Part shown: positions 25,301 to 35,500 of the stretch, in pieces | How the letters are laid out: each line of letters begins with the position of its first letter | How positions within the stretch are numbered: position 1 is the stretch's first letter | Assembly (NCBI RefSeq): GCF_018350175.1 | Contig: NC_058368.1 | Span: 15,750,001-15,814,000, forward strand | Direction of reading: 5' to 3' | Source of the DNA: Felis catus | Taxonomy: Eukaryota | Length of the DNA stretch: 64,000 bases | Notes under the pieces: generated by a model | What the model was told of the DNA's origin: nothing | The model's database searches: none | The model's input: the letters and a program-made list of their open reading frames with translations, nothing else | Position numbers and translations under genes: made by a program

Positions 25301-27781
25301 TTATAAGTGAAAGATATGTCAGAGTAACTGAATGGCTGAGAATGAATTTTTTTTCATTATAGAATTCCAGGTAATACACGAAAAAGGAATGATAACAATT
25401 AGAATATTCCACCTTGCAACCCCCAGAGAAATAATGGATTTAGGTTGACAAACTTTATGATTGGTCGGTCAGGCTAACAAAATTGAACTCCTGGATCCTC
25501 TCAACACCAGAAAAAATTAGATATAACAAGCCTTCTGGTATGATACAAGAGGAAGTATTCAGCATCAATCACATGCCTTTTTTGATTAAAAACCTCAAAC
25601 ATGCATTTGATTACATATCTAAATATTACTACCAGTTAATAGGAAATCCAGGAGACAGAGTAAGATGTTAACAATCACCAAGGGGTTGCAGTCAGTATAA
25701 TTCAGATTGTTGGAAACTCTACAGGACAAACGACTACTTATTAAAGACAAGGAAAAACAAAAACAAAAACGCAAGACAAACTGTTACAGATTAAGATACT
25801 TGAGACGTATCAATTGAGTGCTAAGTGTATGTTAATGGTCAATGGAACAAAAAGACTATACTAAAACATACATGAGGCATTTGAACAGATGGGATATTTG
25901 AAATCACTTAATAATGGTTAAAATTTTTAAACATCCATGATAACACGGGGCACCTGGGTGGCTCAGTCAGTTAAGCATCTGACTCTTGTTTTCAGCTCAG
26001 GTCATGATCTCATGGTTCCTGAGTTCAAGCCCCGCATCGAACTCTGCACTGTCAGTGGGGAGTCTGTTTGGGATTCTCTGTCCCAGTCTTTCTCTCTGGC
26101 TCTCCCCTGCTTGTACTCTCTTTCTCAAAATAAATAAACTTAAAAAAAAAAAAAACACATAACTTTATTATGATTATATTTTAAAAAAGGGAATCTTGTC
26201 TTTAGAGATAAATGCTGGGGATTTACAGATAGAGGTTATGTCTTAGATTTGCTTCAAAATAATTCAGAAAAGTGGGGTGAGGAAATGTCTGGAAGATGGA
26301 TATATATGAAACTAGTTGCTTTTTTTTTTTCTTTTATAATTTCCTGCTCTGGCATTAAAAAAAAAAAATGAAGTTCCACTAGCTGTGTGACATTTTCATG
26401 TGTGAAATCTCTCAATCTCAATCTGCTTCCTCATCAAATAAAGCTAATGATAATAACATTTATGTCAGCATTGTTTTAAAGATCACAAGGGATGCCCCTG
26501 TTAAACGCTGAATACAATACCCAACATATTATAAGTCCTCAATAAATGGTAGTTCTTATAATCACTTCAAGCCAGTGGGATCAAATACTTCCAGTATACC
26601 CTCATAATGGACTCATTTAACTCTGTGCAACAGACAGATTTAACAAGACGATTCAATCCCGGATTCTGTCAAAATTTGCCCCACTGAAACCCTGACTTGC
26701 TCCAAACCCCGAAAAAACCCAGAATCTCCACTATGGAAGAAAGAAGACCCCTTTCTCACTCAGACACAAATCACCAAAGTAGTCAGGACACATGGCTTTT
26801 TCTCTATTGTTTCTAAACCGTGAGTTTGCAAACCTAGCAAGGTGGAAGAATGGCCTTCCTAGCAGTGCTATCTAGAGGGCTAATATGAGTGTCAAGGAAG
26901 CTGAAACTTCCTTTCACTCCTGGAAGTGTACTGGAGTAAACTCCATTTACTAATGGATGGCAGGTTCATTCCAAATTATATGAGGGAAAGGTCACTTGGC
27001 AAATTGACTATTAGTTATGGATCAGCAAGTGTTTATACAACGTTTCTGTTTCCACAATAAGAGCAGAGAAAACACGAGTTTGAATTCTATTGTATAGCCT
27101 CATTCCGAGGCAGCGAATTTAGGGTGTTCAATAATGGGACGTAACGACTCCCAGACACATGGTAACACCACGCCTGTGTGTCTTCGTCTTACTGTGTCCC
27201 TCCTGGGTCTTCTTGATCCACGAATTTATTCCAATCTGTAACAGATGGCTCTCGGCGGTGCGCTGTCACCACTTTCTGTTTAACATCAGGAAAAGGGTGA
27301 GTCTAGACAGCACACACCTCCTGGGGGCTCAAGACCTTCCTGGGTGGAGCCAGAACTGCATAGGCTGCAGGCCCGGGGGTGGGGGTGGGGGGTCTTGGAG
27401 AGGTCGGGACAGATAGGGCGGGTGGACAGAGGTCCAGGGACCAGGGGGCAAATGGAGACTGGTAAGCACGACCCCCAGTGAATAAGCGTACAAGACTCCG
27501 GGCATAGAGGGAGGTAAAGCTGCAAAACAAAAATAAATACGGAAGAAAGGGTGTGTAGAATTCTAGGAGAAGGAATCCTCGGGTCAAGATTTGCGGGAAG
27601 CCTGGTGGAAAGGGACCCGGCGAAGAGTGGGCAATGCAGAGGAGATGCGTGCCGGCCGAGTCTCTAAGACAGCAGTGAGCCTGGGCCCGCGGCGATCCCC
27701 CATCCCTCTCCTCACCAGTATCAAGGCTGCGGCCGCCAGCGCCACGCCGAGCACCGCCAGCTGCAGCACCAGCGAAAGCAT
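539..27781 (-). CDS. ALG5: Dolichyl-phosphate beta-glucosyltransferase, 5' part (exons 1-7; gene continues past left edge). join(27716..27781,23230..23401,22770..22816,20660..20728,19248..19340,14778..14891,539..598)
   Basis: The spliced translation [46 protein letters not shown]...[15 protein letters not shown]...[12 protein letters not shown]...[11 protein letters not shown]...[10 protein letters not shown]...[16 protein letters not shown] has an N-terminal TM segment and GT-A (GT2) motifs recognised as ALG5. All junctions are GT-AG and in phase. Confidence 0.97.
660..1000 (+). mobile_element. LINE-1 3' end fragment (carnivore)
   Basis: GCTAAGCGAAATAAGTCA...GAGAAAGAC, G-rich 3'UTR and A-rich tail, similar to the L1 3'UTRs elsewhere in the window. 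Confidence 0.85.
1250..2070 (+). mobile_element. Ancient degenerate L1M ORF2 fragment (continues about 2600-3170)
   Basis: Degenerate ORF2 motifs (TATAAAGCTATAGTAATTAAAAC, TATGACAAAG), A-rich + strand. Confidence 0.65.
2087..2290 (-). mobile_element. Can-SINE (feliform SINEC)
   Basis: tRNA-derived head, (CT)n, A-tail; TSD CAGGAATAATT. Confidence 0.9.
2397..2575 (+). mobile_element. Can-SINE
   Basis: GGGGTGCCTGGGTGGCTCAG head, (CT)n. Confidence 0.85.
3189..3410 (+). mobile_element. Young SINEC_Fc-type SINE
   Basis: CpG-intact consensus-like body; TSD AAAGAATACT. Confidence 0.93.
4620..4858 (-). mobile_element. Can-SINE (older)
   Basis: T-tail, (GA)n, TGAGCCACCCAGGCACCCC end. Confidence 0.88.
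4868..5070 (-). mobile_element. SINEC_Fc-type SINE (younger)
   Basis: CpG-rich body; TSD CTAATTTCCTTTT. Confidence 0.92.
5240..5473 (-). mobile_element. Can-SINE
   Basis: (GA)n, AATCAAGAGTCGGATGC, CTGAGCCACCCAGG. Confidence 0.85.
6225..6560. mobile_element. MIR interrupted by a SINE-fragment insertion
   Basis: TTATTGAGTGC...TTTAATCATCAC, then GAGGAAAATGAGG...AACTTGTCCAAGGTCACA core. Confidence 0.6.
6958..7150 (+). mobile_element. Can-SINE
   Basis: GGGTGGCTCAGTGGGTTAAG head. Confidence 0.85.
7430..7849 (-). mobile_element. Two tandem Can-SINEs (about 7430-7640 and 7645-7849)
   Basis: Two T-tail/(GA)n/CTGAGCCACC units. Confidence 0.88.
8063..8240. mobile_element. hAT-Charlie MER58-like element
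   Basis: GGTTGGCAAAC...GGGCCAAA...CCTAAAATATTTAC...TGGTCCTTTAGAGAAAAAGTTT. Confidence 0.65.
9154..10719 (+). mobile_element. 5'-truncated carnivore LINE-1 (ORF2 C-terminus + 3'UTR + A-tail), TSD AAGAAATTGAAAAGCT
   Basis: ORF2-like peptide [23 protein letters not shown]...[13 protein letters not shown] at 9138-9153 and 10720-10735; TT|AAGA endonuclease-type site. Confidence 0.95.
10253..10326. repeat. Compound (TA)/(CG)/(CA)n microsatellite inside the L1
   Basis: Directly visible. Confidence 0.9.
11890..12100. mobile_element. hAT-Charlie MER58-like element
   Basis: GTAAATAAAGTTTTATTGGAACACAG...AAAATATT...CCTTTACAGAA...TGCCAACC. Confidence 0.7.
13069..13296. mobile_element. TcMar-Tigger-type MITE
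   Basis: Imperfect TIRs CAGGTATCCCC / GGGGAAACCTG followed by TA. Confidence 0.6.
13731..13936 (+). mobile_element. 5'-truncated SINEC_Fc-type SINE
   Basis: Starts at CCGACTTCGGCTC (no head); (CT)n; A-tail. Confidence 0.88.
14560..14699 (-). mobile_element. Short Can-SINE
   Basis: GGGGCTTGAACTCACAACCCTGAGATCAAGA; flanked by GTAAATTCCATTTT repeats. Confidence 0.82.
14778..14891 (-). CDS. ALG5: ALG5 exon 6 (114 nt)
   Basis: TACAG acceptor, GTGAG donor; [38 protein letters not shown] (DxD motif). Confidence 0.97.
15363..15567 (-). mobile_element. Can-SINE
   Basis: TSD AGTATTCTTT. Confidence 0.9.
16021..16242 (+). mobile_element. Can-SINE
   Basis: (CT)n, long A-tail; TSD AATACAGGT. Confidence 0.85.
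16430..16739 (-). mobile_element. Can-SINE with an expanded purine tract
   Basis: About 165 nt G/A tract, then the SINE body. Confidence 0.82.
18195..18680. mobile_element. MaLR (MLT1-like) LTR remnant containing a G19 run (18606-18624)
   Basis: TTCTGGCCAATG, TGGAATGTGGATG..ATGGCT and TTTAAG.CACT motifs typical of MLT1. Confidence 0.55.
19248..19340 (-). CDS. ALG5: ALG5 exon 5 (93 nt)
   Basis: GACAG acceptor, GTAAT donor; [31 protein letters not shown]. Confidence 0.97.
19946..20042 (-). mobile_element. Short Can-SINE
   Basis: GGGGCTTGAACTCATGACCCTGAGATCAAGAGTC. Confidence 0.8.
20660..20728 (-). CDS. ALG5: ALG5 exon 4 (69 nt)
   Basis: TTGCAG acceptor, GTAAG donor; [23 protein letters not shown]. 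Confidence 0.97.
21675..21778 (-). mobile_element. Short Can-SINE
   Basis: AAGATCAAGA...GACTGAGCCAG. Confidence 0.78.
22200..22468 (-). mobile_element. LINE-1 3' end fragment (carnivore)
   Basis: Reverse complement of the L1 3'UTR seen at 780-960 (GAGACTCTTAAA, GAGAACAAACTGAGGGT) with a T-rich tail. Confidence 0.85.
22770..22816 (-). CDS. ALG5: ALG5 exon 3 (47 nt)
   Basis: TTTAAG acceptor, GTATC donor; (L)[15 protein letters not shown]. Confidence 0.95.
23086..23129. repeat. Three copies of ACATCTACTAACT(A)
   Basis: Directly visible tandem repeat. Confidence 0.85.
23230..23401 (-). CDS. ALG5: ALG5 exon 2 (172 nt)
   Basis: TTTTAG acceptor, GTAAG donor; ISFVAF...SYNEEKR. Confidence 0.97.
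23920..24147 (-). mobile_element. SINEC_Fc-type SINE
   Basis: TSD AAGAATATATTCTT. Confidence 0.93.
24205..24420 (-). mobile_element. Young SINEC_Fc-type SINE
   Basis: TSD CAGAATACATTATT (24184-24197, 24421-24434). Confidence 0.93.
24439..24655 (+). mobile_element. Can-SINE
   Basis: Full head, (CT)n, A-tail. Confidence 0.9.
24965..25165 (+). mobile_element. Can-SINE
   Basis: Degenerate head and body. Confidence 0.85.
25947..26155 (+). mobile_element. Can-SINE
   Basis: Full head, A-tail. Confidence 0.9.
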
Positions 27782-27975
27782 CCTCCATGCCCAGGTCGCC
27801 GCCCGCCCTACCAAGTACCTACACACACGCGGAAGAGCCCCGGTGCAGCCCCGCCTCCAGCCGGCAGAGGGGCCGCGCAGGCCTGGCGCCCGCCGCCCAC
27901 AGCGCCCTCTCGCGGCAAGGCGAGGAGAAGAACATGTAGTTCTTGGGAGCCGGGGTCGGCTGTGGAGGCGGGCCC
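27580..27975 (-). promoter_or_regulatory. CpG island / ALG5 promoter and exon 1
   Basis: GC- and CpG-rich block against an AT-rich background; GC boxes (CCGCCC), ETS-like CGGAAG and ACTACA-type motif upstream of the ATG. Confidence 0.8.
27716..27781 (-). CDS. ALG5: ALG5 exon 1 (66 nt, [22 protein letters not shown])
   Basis: ATG at 27781-27779, donor GTGAG at 27715-27711, inside a CpG island. Confidence 0.93.
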
Positions 27976-27989
27976 TCTGTTCCACAGTA

Positions 27990-28657
27990 TGGTGGACAAA
28001 ATCAGCAAGTAAAAATGCAGGATGTCCACTAACTTGAGTTTCAGATAAGCAATGAACAGTTGTGTTTTTTTTTTACAGACTTGTTAAAATATAATTCGCA
28101 CACCATACAACCCACCCATTAAAAAAATTTTCGGTATATTACACGAGTTTTTAAAAACTGATACAACATTGGGGCACCTGGGTGGCTCAGTCGGTTGAGC
28201 GTCCGACTTCGGCTCAGGTCATGATCTCGCGGTTTGTGAGTTCGAGCCCCACATCGGGCCCTGTGCTGACAGCTCAGAGCCTGGAGCCTGCTTCGGATTC
28301 TGTGTCTCGCTCTTTCGCTGCCCCTCCCCTGCTCACGCTCTGTCTCTGTCTCAAAAATAAAACATTAAAAACAATTAAAAAAACTGATACAACATAAAAT
28401 TTGTCATTTTAACGAATTTAAGTGTACACTAGTGTTACTAATTACATTCGCAATTTTCTGCATCCATCACCGCCATCTATTTCTAAAACATTCTTTGCTC
28501 CCCCACAGCCCCTGGTAACAACTAATAGCATGTATTGTTTGGGGTATACACACTGTACGTTAGCCAATTTGACAGTAAATTATATTTAAGAAAAACATTT
28601 TCTCTTTGTTTATCTGACATTCCAATTTAATCGGATGTCTTGTGTCCGGCAACCCTA
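27990..28657. mobile_element. Palindromic MER53-like MITE split by an L1 3' fragment (about 28075-28525, - strand), itself split by a SINE
   Basis: Left arm CAGGATGTCC...TTCAGATAAGCAA and right arm TTGTTTATCTGAC...GGATGTCTTG...GGCAACCCTA are mutually complementary. Confidence 0.65.
28171..28378 (+). mobile_element. SINEC_Fc-type SINE in the intergenic promoter region
   Basis: TSD AAAAACTGATACAACAT (28153-28169, 28379-28395). Confidence 0.93.
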
Positions 28658-28989
28658 CCTAGGAGGGAGGGGGAGGTTTTGAGCCGCAACACAAGCCACT
28701 CCTTTGGAGCCTGCTCCCGGGACCTGCAAAGTATAACCTGGTGCGGATAGTGAGTGCACAGAAAGTTTATGTAATTCTCCAGTAACTAGAGCCGGGGGCC
28801 CTTTGCTTGGGAGGGGGCAAGCCCAGGGCCCAGCCTAAGACGGAGGCGGGAAAAGGACACAGACACTCTGGAATAATGCTCCACTCTTAATACTCAATTC
28901 CTGGCAGTAGGGTCGGTTTTCTCTTAAACTCTTGAACTACCAGACTGTTTCTAGAAAGATACACTCTCGTCTTCTCTGATGGCAGATTC

Positions 28990-29500
28990 GTCAAAACGCG
29001 TCCAAGGTAAAGAAGAAGCCTAGGGGCGTTGCCTGGACAGAGAAGGTCGAAGCAAGGTGGGCCGAGAACCACCCGCGCCGCGCCAAGCCGGCTGCGTCTC
29101 AGGCAGCGGGACGAGAGCGCAGGCGTCCTTGTCGAAAGTTTGGAGGCGGTGTAGGCGAGCGGTCGCGAGGCGCGGCGTTGCTCTGCGCAGGCGCACGCGC
29201 GCGGGCGGGAAGATGGCGGCCGGGTTCAAGTGAGTGTCGGCGGCCCGCGGGCGCGTGTTTGTACCCTGGCGGATGGAGGCTTCCTTTAACCCTTCGCTGG
29301 GATTTTTTCACCTGGAGGCCACCCTGCCATTTTCCCACTCCTTTTTCTAACGGAAGCAGGCGACGGGCGGAAGGACCTGGAGGTGGTCGTAGTGAAGGGA
29401 AAGCGGGCTTTCCCGCAGTGAGAGGGGAGATGGAAGGGACTGTGTACAGAGTTCAGTATCGGCTGCAAGCGCTTGTGTAGTGGACGCGCGGCCCCACCAG
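28990..29500 (+). promoter_or_regulatory. CpG island / EXOSC8 promoter with NRF1 site (29184-29195) and YY1 site (29210-29220)
   Basis: CpG-rich; TGCGCAGGCGCA matches the NRF1 consensus; AAGATGGCGGC matches the YY1 consensus and overlaps the start codon. Confidence 0.8.
29213..29229 (+). CDS. EXOSC8: EXOSC8 exon 1 coding part (17 nt)
   Basis: AAGATGG Kozak context; ATGGCGGCCGGGTTCAA|GTGAGT. Confidence 0.95.
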
Positions 29501-32500
29501 ACACCGTCATAAATCTTTTAAAAAGTGTTGTATCAGAACCACATACCACCCTATTCTCCCTCTCCCTGATTGATTTCTAAAAGACTGTGCCTTGTTCGGA
29601 AGGTTTTACTTAAGCCTCTTTTGTGCCAGTCTGGTGAAGCCTGTAGATTGTCCTCAGAGTCAAGTTTTTAAATGGATAAGATATAGACGATTCCAAAGGA
29701 AAACAATTATGTTGACACAGTTTTCTTTCTATTTGTATAAACTCTGAGTTCTTCATAGAGTGATAAATATATGCTTTTCGAAATGAACTTTCTTAAACAA
29801 GATCTAGTGGGGAGTATAGTAACAACTGGAATTTCAAAGTAACGAGTTGGCACACAACCTTCGACAACTCCAAAGTAAAACGAAAACATTTAATCTCTGT
29901 GGTTGTTAAAGTTGCAGGCACTAATATTTTAATGAAGGCATAATTCATTATTCATTTCATTATTGCCTAGTCATAATTGAAGAACATGCTAAGTTTCAGT
30001 TACAGGATAGTGCGAATACTTTTTTTTTTTCTTATGCTTCGGAGCGAAACTGACATTACTAATATTTTAACAACTGGATGTATTAAAGATGTCCAAAGGT
30101 TTTGGGCTCCAACCTGTGATTGTTTAAGGTAGAGTTAAGGACAGCAGTTGGGTGTGATTGCTACGGGAAGAGTCCTAGCTGGCAAAGTAAACATCAGAAT
30201 TCATGAAAGAAACTTAGTTACAAACTGGGGAGACTTATGCTGCATGATCACATTAAGATCTTTGCCAGTTTCGGGATTTATGTTAAAATTCATTAACTTA
30301 CCTCGATATATGATTCCGTGTTTCAGAACTGTGGAACCCCTGGAGTATTACAGGAGATTTCTGGTGAGTAAAGGTGGTTTTGTACAGGTTGTATTGTATC
30401 TTTTGATAACAGTATCAGGTGCCTCTTTGGAAACTGACTTATATGAATTAATGAGGCTTAATGTGTTTTCCCTGGTGTGTGTAAAATACAAATGTAGATG
30501 TAATCTCCTTTCATGTAAATGTGTTTATTTAGAAAGAGAACTGCCGTCCAGATGGAAGAGAACTTGGTGAATTCAGAACCACAACTGTGAACATAGGTGA
30601 GGTATTTTCAGTTCTCAGATAGAATGAAGTTGCTTCAGTATTTTTCTTGTGTTTTTTTTTATGCTAGTATTTTTATTTGTAAAGTTTTTTTTTTTAAGCT
30701 ATCGCCTCAATTGATCTTTTTAAAATTTGAAGTTTTCCTTCCTTCAAAATCTCCAAGACATGGTTTTCTTTCTTTGCTAAAATGTTTATTTTTGAGACAG
30801 AGGGAGAGACAGAGTGTGAGCAGGGGAGGGGTAGAGGGAGAGGGAGACTCAGAATCTCAGGCAGGCTCCAGGCTGTCAGCACAGAGCCCAGTGTGGGGCT
30901 TGAACTCACCAACCACGAGATCATGACCTGAGCTGAAGTCCAGTGCTCAACCGACTGAGCCACTCAGCTGCCCTGTTTTCTTTTTTTTTTTCTCTTCTTT
31001 TTAATGTCGGAGAGAGAGAGTCAGGAGGGGCAGAGAGAGAGGGAGAGAGAGAACCCCAAGCAGGCTCTGCCTTGTCAGGCGCTGTCAGCACAGAGCCAGA
31101 TGTGGGGCTCAACCTCTCATGAGATTATCCAGAGCCGAGACCAGGAATCTGATGCTTAGCCTACTGAGCAACCCAGATGCCCCACAAGACATGGTTTTCT
31201 CGTATGTCTTATACTTACTAAACTTTCTGTTGCAAACACAGAATTTTCCAGTTTAACCTGTCTGACATTCCTAAGTTTTAGTCAGAGCCATTTAAACAGT
31301 ATTTCAGCCAAATTCTATATCTAAGGGAATCCTATTATTTTGTGTTAAGAGGTTTTTATCTGTACAACAGTTCTGTGACTGAACTAAATGGTTAACTCAA
31401 ATTCAAGGACAGGTGAATAATTCCTAAAACAGTAATTTTAAATAGTTACATTACTTAAAAAGGGTTTGAGGTATGAATACATTTTAATAAGAAACTGAGA
31501 TACATAGCAAGAAAAATTATATGTAGAAAATGAAAACTTTCTGTGAACTCTTTCATTTTGCTTATCTTTCCAGGTTCAATTAGTACTGCAGATGGTTCTG
31601 CTTTAGTGAAGCTGGGAAATACTACAGTAATTTGTGGAATTAAGGCGGTAGGTTTGATATATCTTACTGAAATTTGAATTACCAAATTAGCTTCATATAC
31701 TTGTTAGATCGTAATTTACACTGATAATTCTGTTGATTAGGCAGTCAGCTGTCAGTTTTTTAGTATTTTTCATTTTCCAAGAGCTTTCACCTTTGATAAT
31801 ACTCAAAGTCTAATGACTTTTATGAACATTTGTCAGATGGACTGAAATGAAACTATTTTTTAAAATTTATTTTGAGAGAGAGGGAGAGAGAGAGAATGAG
31901 TGGGGAAGGGGCAGAGAGAGAGAGGGACAGACAGAATCCCAAGCAGGCTCTCCGCTGTGAGCACAGAGCCTGATGTGGGGCTTGAACCCATGAACCATGA
32001 GATCACGACCTGAGCTGAGATCAAGAGCCAGATGCTTAATCCACTGAGCCATGCAGGCACCTCTAAAATGAAACAATTTTTTAAATCCTCACTGCTTTTA
32101 AGTTTTTAAGAATTTGGTTGAGAAAGGGATTTTTGGTGACCTCCTGTTAGCCATTTAATCTGTGCAAATTGAAATTGCTCAAAAGAAAAGTTTGAGGGAG
32201 TAAGAGCTACTATTTACTGAGTACCTGTTGTGTTCCAGGCACCTTAAATTAGGTGCTTTATTACAAAATTACCAGTTTAATCATGAGAACAATCATGAAC
32301 AATCATAAATGATAAACAATCATTTATATGAGGTTCAGTGACTTGTCCAGGAACATATCATAACTAGAGCTTAGATATAACTTCGACTCCAAAGCATGTA
32401 CTTTTTCCGGTATACTGCACTGTTGAGTTTTTGGTTACTAAATGATTGGAAGAGGGTGGTGCAGAAACTCAATATGTATTTATAAAGAGCCCAGGTAATT

Positions 32501-35500
32501 TTATTATTATTATTATTATTATTGTTATTTTGAGCCCAGGTAATTTTGGTAGCACTAGAGTGTAGGCAGCTATGTCATCCTGCTTTTTTATCTTGTAGAC
32601 CTAAATGTGAGGATTGGCTCCAGTGTCCATGTAGCCTGATGACTCCCAAAGCATAGTAGATGCTCTTGTAGTTAACTAGCTAAGGTGGTCTTTGCTGAAG
32701 GGTTCTCCAAGTGATTGCTAAACTGTCTTCACAATTTCAGTAGCATCTTTCATAGGAAGTGTGTTTGCTTCTATAGGAATTTGCAGCACCACCAACAGAT
32801 GCCCCTGATAAAGGATATGTTGGTAAGTTAAATGGTTTTGTAATTTTAATACAAATACTCTAACACATTTAATTCTGATCTTAATGCTAATGTTAAGTCC
32901 TAGTAGTTGAGCTGAAGAAAATTTATGATTCAAAAATACATAGAAATGAAGCAGACATTGCTGAAAAGTTTTCTGTATTGTTTAGAAGATAGCCTAATAG
33001 CAAGATAGAGAATTCTGTAAAATTTTCAACTATGATCAATTGTTTATATATTCAGATGTCAACCAAGAAAATAAAAATCTTAGGAGAGTTGCAATTACAA
33101 ACGTTTATGTTTCCATAAAGATTCATTTATACCACTATGCAATTTTCTTCTTGCCTTTGATCATCTGTTTTTTATGGTAGGAACCAACATTTTAAAAATG
33201 CAGGCAGCTGGGTAATGAGTAGAGTGCTATGTACTGTTACAGATTGAAGTATTTTGTTAATATTTTTCTGAAGGATTTAGGATGATTGAGGCCTTAATAG
33301 ATAGATGCTTTGTATTTTTTTGGTATTATTTGTGTGAGAAAAAAAGTTGGAAAATGTAAATTTTATTTTATCTAAGCCTAAGAATCTTAGACCAAAAACG
33401 AAATGATGTGTTACAGTGTTTTCCACTTGGCCAATCCTAGCTTTGACCACCGTCACCTTTGCAGTGGATTAATAATGTCTTTAAGACTTCCATAAACCAG
33501 AGGTGAAGTTTAGTTCATAGCTGCAGTGTTTCTTTCAGTTCCTAATGTGGATCTACCACCTCTGTGTTCGTCGAGATTTCGGTCTGGACCTCCTGGAGAA
33601 GAGGCCCAAGTGGCTAGCCAGTTCATTGCAGATGTCATTGAAAAGTAAGATCATTATAACATTTGACTGTCATTCATTTTCAGATAATTGTTGACCTTTA
33701 ATTTATTGTACTTTATTATTAAATCAAGTTCACAGATAATTCAGAAAGAGGACTTATGCATTTCTCCAGGAAAGGTAAGATGAATAAAGAAGCTATGAGG
33801 TTTTATTAATTCTGAATTGTTTTTTGTGGGAAGAGAACAGGGGAATTAAAATAGTATACCACAGTGGCCTCAGATATGAATGTCTTAAGCTGGAATTCAG
33901 CCTAAAAAAAAAATCAGGCTTACTCTGTAACATCTAAATAAACTATGTGGTTTATAAAAAAAAAAAAATCGACTTAATTTATTACCTGATTGCGAGCTAC
34001 TTTTTGAGCTGAGGTAACTTTTAACACATAATTAGTCCACTGTTTATTCCATATAGAGTATTAATATCTGATCAGCCAACGTGTTTAGGGTATATCTACA
34101 CTATAAATTTTAAGTCTGTTTAAAAGAACTAAGTTGAGTAGGATGTAGAGGCTTTTTGTATTTGTGGGAAAGTACATTTTGGGTTTCATTTGGAACTTTC
34201 AAAAGCATTTCCTTCATCTGCTAATTTGTTTCTGTAGCCCTTGATGGAAATGTAGATGTTGTTACCTGACAGCTTGATAGTTAAATGCCAGCTTTTACCA
34301 GACCTGTCTACTATGTTTGGTTACTGGTTGTGTACTTTGTAAAGTTTTTAAGTTTTTGAGCCTTGAAGGTTATCATGCTGGTCTACCCAAGGGTTCTGTG
34401 TGGTTTTAAGTTGAAATACCATGTTCTAACCATCGGAAGGCTGTAATTTACACTCTGTAAACTCTGTTTTAGCTTTCTTGGGTTCTGTACTGTGATATCA
34501 TTTGCCTGGACTATGATGGGAACATCTTGGATGCCTGTACATTTGCTTTGTTAGCAGCTTTAAAAAATGGTAAGCAACTTTAATAAAAGGGAATATTCCT
34601 TTTTATATATCAGGATATTCTGTTAAACGTTATCAATAAACTTTTTAAAGGTTTTTTGTTAAGATTTAATGATGTTTCTAAATTAAAAACCATGTTTATA
34701 TCCACTAAATTTACCTTAATTACCCTAAGATAATTTTTTTAAAAAGAATATTTCTAGACAATTTAATGAGGGAAAAGTGAATTAACAAAGCATAGAAAGC
34801 TGTATTTATTAAACTACAGTGATTTACTTCACATGTTTGCCTTTTCTAGTACAGCTACCAGAAGTTACTATAAATGAAGAAACTGCCTTAGCAGAAGTTA
34901 ATTTAAAGAAGAAAAGTTATTTGAATATTAGAACTCATCCAGTTGCAACTTCTTTTGCTGTATTTGATGAGTAAGTTAATCAAATGTCTAAAAATATTGT
35001 GTATTCAAGGTAATTATGGACTGTTACTCAGCTTTCTAACTTTTCAGGAAGTGCCTAAGCTGACCATACATCCTAGTTTGCCTTGGACACCTAGATTTAT
35101 AGCTGTTGTCCCTGCAGAATTATCAGCTAACACTTACACTTTCAGCTCTCCCTACCTGTTCCTCGATTTCCTTATTCCTGTGTAATTAACCTTCAATTAT
35201 TTCACAGATTTACCTTAGGCTACCTTCTGTATTTACTACGGGTATTAAAGATTCTAACAAGTAGTAGAATATTAGGTTGCTATTAACTTTTCTGGTTTCC
35301 TAACAGTTCTTTCTAGTGTTTGTATTTGACATTAATACCTAAGCTAAAAGGCAAGTAGTGATTGTATTCTTTGCAAATGAAATTTGTTCCGTGGATTGAT
35401 AATTTATACTTTTTTTTTTTTTTAAATAGCACTCTGCTCATAGTTGACCCTACTGGAGAGGAGGAACATCTGGCAACAGGAACCTTAACAGTAGTAATGG

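Noticed and set aside
27303..28037. Long overlapping ORFs (161, 148 and 133 aa) at the ALG5 5' end, and similar ones at 29020-29549
   Set aside because: CpG islands are stop-poor. Only exon 1 and the spliced upstream-ATG frame are supportable.
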